NCBI GenBank assembly: GCA_964016885.1
Contig: OZ024754.1
Coordinates: 26,722,001 to 26,786,000 of the forward strand
Length of the DNA: 64,000 nucleotides
Direction: 5' to 3'
Origin: Eledone cirrhosa
Lineage: Eukaryota
Notes under the pieces: generated by a model
Database searches by the model: none
What the model was told of the DNA's origin: nothing
The model's input: the letters and a program-made list of their open reading frames with translations, nothing else
In this document: positions 62,238 to 64,000 of the stretch, piece after piece
Numbering within the stretch: position 1 is the first letter of the stretch
How the letters are laid out: each line of letters begins with the position of its first letter
Translations under genes and position numbers: made by a program

Positions 62238-62635
62238 CCGGGAGAGATGACCCCTTAGCCTTTGTCAAGGCAGAATTCTAGAAGAAGGAAAACTCTGATA
62301 TAACACCTGCAACCCTGATGGTATCCAATGATGTTGACTTGTTCTTTTTTTTGGTAAATATCATCTTGGTTAAGAGAGTGGGACTGGCTTTGTGCAGTGC
62401 CTTTGCTCACTATAAAAGCTTCACGGCACAGGCATTGCTTTATATCTGGAGATCTCTCTGCACTTGTCGTCACATAGTACCAAGGGCCCAGCACTATGTG
62501 TCAATAATTGTCACAAGTGTAGTGTTTGTACCAGAGTTTTCAAGTCGCTGGCTGGACTAAAATGTCACACTCGTTCAGCGCATCGGTAGGGATATAAAGT
62601 AGTGGCCGTACTCGAAAACGAGTTGGCAGCCACCA
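62238..62635 (+). mobile_element. Non-autonomous bipartite derivative of the adjacent RTE (5'UTR segment fused to 3' end)
   Basis: Near-identical to 59029-59255 joined at about 62468 to 61968-62148. Confidence 0.9.
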
Positions 62636-62784
62636 TATATGTATATATGTATGTAGGTATATATGTATATATGTATTATGTATGTATGTATGCATATATG
62701 TATGTATATATGTATTATGTATGTATCTATGCATATATGTATGTATATATGTATGTATGGATATATTGTTTTTTTTTTTTACAG

Positions 62785-63038
62785 ACCAATATTCATAAAA
62801 ACGCATCAATGTTCGTAGAACCTATTGTAACGCGTAAAACCCCGTCTCTGGCCCACGGGGAAGCCAAGAGAATAGTGACTGAGGTTTATTTCACTCCAGA
62901 AACGTTTCAAAGAATGAAATTCCAAACGAGGCTCAACACAGTTGGAATTGGTGAAATCTGTAATTACACAATCCTGTATGCTGGAATCAACTTACCTTGT
63001 ATAGATAAATATACAGTGCCGACAACAAATACTTCAAA
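62785..63038 (+). CDS. Exon 16: repeat domain 6, first part (gene continues beyond window)
   Basis: (t)n-acag|TNIHKNAS...GEICNYTILYAGINLPC...TNTS|gtaagt; phase 0 to 2. Confidence 0.88.
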
Positions 63039-63529
63039 GTAAGTCACATTCTTATAACCTTACACACACACACACACATATATATATAGTAATAATAATT
63101 ATGAAGACTAAAATCCGAAGAGGGCTCGTTATATATATATATAGGAGAAAGTATGACCCCGACGGCAGAGCTCAAGCCGTTTCGACGGCTATTTCTGGAC
63201 TAAAGTGAGAGTTGTTTTAGTCTGGTAAATAAATAGCCGAACTTTTCAAGGGTACTTCCTTATATGGGAAGATTGTAGTTGTCAAGGGGATTGGTCAAAA
63301 ATGTGTAGCAGACACAGAAAAGTCTATCATGGCAGTGGGTGTGGGGATGGCTGAACTTGCCTGTAGAACGATAGGTGAGTAGGTAGAGCCGGTCAAGCGT
63401 AGAAGGTGAAATCTACGCGGCAAATTCTAAGGAATGTGTATGAAAGTAGGCCATATATATATATATCCCGTCTAACCCATACTAGCGTGGAAGGTAGACG
63501 TTAAACGATGATGATGATGATGATGATGA

Positions 63530-63591
<62 letters not shown>

Positions 63592-63820
63592 ATATCTACA
63601 GTTAGTTATGGGGTCTAGTCTGCATGAAGAACTCAATGTAATCCATATGTTGATAATGTTATAGGTTAAAATAAATCCCGGAAAACAAAAAAATCATCAA
63701 AATCATCAAAATCATCAAAAGGAAAACAGAGTCATAATATAAGTTAAAACAATGAAATAAAAATTCAAGTCATTAGGAAATAACGTCACTGCTTTACGAT
63801 CGTTTCTAGGTGATAATAAT

Positions 63821-64000
63821 ACATCGTACGCATATTTCGTTATCGATCTATGTAAGGTTAGTTACAAAATATCAGATAAGGAGAATATTTACTTACTTGT
63901 ATATCATCAGCTGATGATATACAAGTAGGTAAATATTCTCCTTATCTGATATTTTGTAACTAACCTTACATAGATCGATAACGAAATATGCGTATGATGT
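63821..64000. repeat. Spacerless palindrome (runs off window end)
   Basis: Apex catcag|ctgatg at 63910/63911. Confidence 0.9.

Overview
AT-rich, microsatellite-saturated eukaryotic DNA. The SINE and microsatellite style looks like an octopus/coleoid cephalopod genome, which is an inference. One large + strand gene spans almost the whole window. I reconstructed 16 phase-consistent GT-AG coding exons from 7179 to 63038 (about 1,112 codons, continuing past the window). They encode a signal peptide, a short pro segment, an EGF-like module, one cadherin-like repeat, a furin site (RHKR) and at least six tandem copies of an unrecognised ~150-170 aa domain with a C-x7-G-x-N-x2-C signature. The phase-bridging exon 2 carries an in-frame TAA. 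The introns hold an intact 1,169-aa R4/Dong-like RLE retrotransposon, a BovB-like RTE with bipartite non-autonomous derivatives, and Penelope-like elements including two giant palindromes. An RTE with a twin-priming inversion lies upstream of the gene. There are also tRNA-SINEs, Helitron ends and a hAT MITE. The main hidden layer is several unrelated families of asymmetric fold-back elements inserted in (TA)n. Many carry a minimal type I hammerhead ribozyme (CUGANGA...GAAA-short stem III-UH), including a U3-A8 core variant and a copy pair with stem I covariation. Most short ORFs in the track are microsatellite artefacts.
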